Assembly: GCA_963827275.1 (NCBI GenBank)
Contig: CAWHAA010000005.1
Location: forward strand, 704,001 to 768,000
Length of the DNA stretch: 64,000 nucleotides
Direction: 5' to 3'
DNA from: an uncultured Spirochaetota bacterium
GTDB taxonomy: Bacteria; Spirochaetota; UBA4802; UBA5550
Shown here: positions 62,597-64,000 of the stretch, one piece after another
Layout of the letters: the number at the start of each line of letters is the position of its first letter
Numbering within the stretch: the stretch's first letter is position 1
Program-made: the position numbers and the translations under genes
The notes under the pieces: generated by a model
Databases searched by the model: none
What the model was told of the DNA's origin: nothing
The model's input: only the letters and a program-made list of their open reading frames with translations

Positions 62597-63406
62597 TCAC
62601 ATCTGGATTATCTTCAGATCGCGCGGAAACTGCGAGTCACGGTATGTCTTTACCTTCACCGGGTCATTCAGCACGACACCGCTGAAATGTATATCGAGCC
62701 TGAGGCGGGAATTATGCCCCACGATGGCGATGCTTGAGAAGAGCCTGCTGGCGCCACGGGTGACCGGGCGGGACAGGTACACCTCGAACTTTTCCCCGGT
62801 CTTCTTCGCGACGAGCTTGATCCTGTCAGGGTCGTTCTCTTTAAAGGATATTGTCTGATAAAAGCGCGGATTCTCGAGTATCAGCATCGACCCCTTCCGG
62901 TCATTTGCAGTGAGGCCCTGCCGCACCGAGTAACCCGGGATCACCGGCACGGTCCCGGCAATCAGGCCGGAGAGAAGGTTAAAATCAACGGCAATGCCGC
63001 CGTAATTCGCCAGGTCGATTTTTTTCACGCTGTCCACATACATCTTCCTGTCCGCGGGATAATAGATGCGTATGGTGTCGCCTTCACGGAAAAGGGTCGT
63101 CAGGGGGCTCCTGAAAATAAAGTCGATGAATGCCACGTACAGCAGCTCCTGCCGCTTATCGAACTGGAGACGGCCGAGCAGCCGGTACCGCTGTTCCGCC
63201 CTGCTGCCGTTGATGGAGAAATCGGCGGTACAGAAATCCGGGGAATTCCGGTTGATCTCGCTGATGGCGCCGAGCATGTCGCGTATGCCGTCCTTACCGC
63301 ACGCGTGGTAGCGGTCGGCGAGCGCCTCATCGTCGCGGAGGGGCGCGGTGCCGCAGCCGACGGCCGACGCGGCAAGGACTATCAACAAAGGGACCAACAC
63401 TCGCAT
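62597..63406 (-). CDS. lipoprotein, possibly LolA/LolB-like fold
   Basis: lipobox AVGC; beta-rich, IRIYYPADRKMY. Confidence 0.7.
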   Translation of the reverse strand: MRVLVPLLIVLAASAVGCGTAPLRDDEALADRYHACGKDGIRDMLGAISEINRNSPDFCTADFSINGSRAEQRYRLLGRLQFDKRQELLYVAFIDFIFRSPLTTLFREGDTIRIYYPADRKMYVDSVKKIDLANYGGIAVDFNLLSGLIAGTVPVIPGYSVRQGLTANDRKGSMLILENPRFYQTISFKENDPDRIKLVAKKTGEKFEVYLSRPVTRGASRLFSSIAIVGHNSRLRLDIHFSGVVLNDPVKVKTYRDSQFPRDLKIIQM

Positions 63407-63412
63407 GGGCGC

Positions 63413-64000
63413 CTACTGCCTCTCCTGGTATTGTTTTATCTTGCCGTCGAGCGTGCCGCTCTTCTTCATGTCATTGGACTTGCGCCAGTACCTGAGCGCG
63501 TCCTCAATTTTTCCCAATCTCTGGTAGGTGTCGCCGATATGGTCATAGACCGCAGGGTCGGGCGTGTTGGCCTTCAGCAGAAGGTCCTCGGCCTCGAGGA
63601 GCGTTTCAAGCGCCAGCTTGTAATCGCCCTTGCGGAAATAGGCCCATCCCAGGGAATCCGTGTACGCCCCGTTCGCCGGCTCAAGCTCGAGCGCCTTGCG
63701 TATCAATCCCAGCGAGACGTCTATCTTCATGTTGTTGTCGGCGTAAAGGTACCCGAGGTAGTTATAGGCGCGCGCGCTCCCGGGGTTGTGCTTGATCGCC
63801 TTCTCGAGCGAATCTATCGCCAGGTCAAGCTTGGACAGCTTTTCCATGACGATGGCCATGTAAAAATAATAGGTCTCGCTCGTGTCCTCGAGGGTGATCG
63901 CGCGGCGGATATGCCGTTCCGCCGTGGGGTAGTCCTCCCGCCAGATAGAGAGGAGCCCCTTGAAGAAGTGGGGCCGCGAATTGGCGGGCTCTCTGGCGGA
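63413..64000 (-). CDS. TPR protein, C-terminal part (runs off window end)
   Basis: AYNYLGYLYAD, YTDSLGWAYF, YDHIGD TPR motifs. Confidence 0.9.
   Translation of the reverse strand, partial: SAREPANSRPHFFKGLLSIWREDYPTAERHIRRAITLEDTSETYYFYMAIVMEKLSKLDLAIDSLEKAIKHNPGSARAYNYLGYLYADNNMKIDVSLGLIRKALELEPANGAYTDSLGWAYFRKGDYKLALETLLEAEDLLLKANTPDPAVYDHIGDTYQRLGKIEDALRYWRKSNDMKKSGTLDGKIKQYQERQ

Overview
Bacterial chromosomal window, mostly GC-rich with AT-rich intergenic islands. It is probably from a diderm anaerobe; a free-living spirochaete is a weak inference from the lipoprotein and FecR gene content. Housekeeping genes include the valS 3' end, parAB, carA and a class II ribonucleotide reductase (nrdJ). 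Accessory content includes a repeat-flanked toxin-antitoxin pair, an ArsR-CzcD module, a radical SAM gene, an SCP2/ADH/ALDH operon, and a complete chemosensory operon whose CheA carries a tandem MshEN-like motif, followed by a multi-PAS two-component system. The standout region is about 25.8-43.7 kb. There, tupABC tungstate uptake genes, a Mop/TOBE protein and an excisionase-HTH/PBP regulator bracket a stand-alone TiaS-like enzyme, a full ECF transporter, Cys-less molybdopterin-oxidoreductase-fold proteins, two paralogous TonB-dependent receptors, a 3-repeat lipoprotein and a divergent CcsA/ResB-like pair. This is a candidate W/Mo-cofactor (or metallophore) scavenging system, with 10-bp-phased TTAC operator arrays. 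Many genes, including essential ones, carry frameshifts that look like long-read indel errors. All family assignments were made by eye from motifs; no searches were run.
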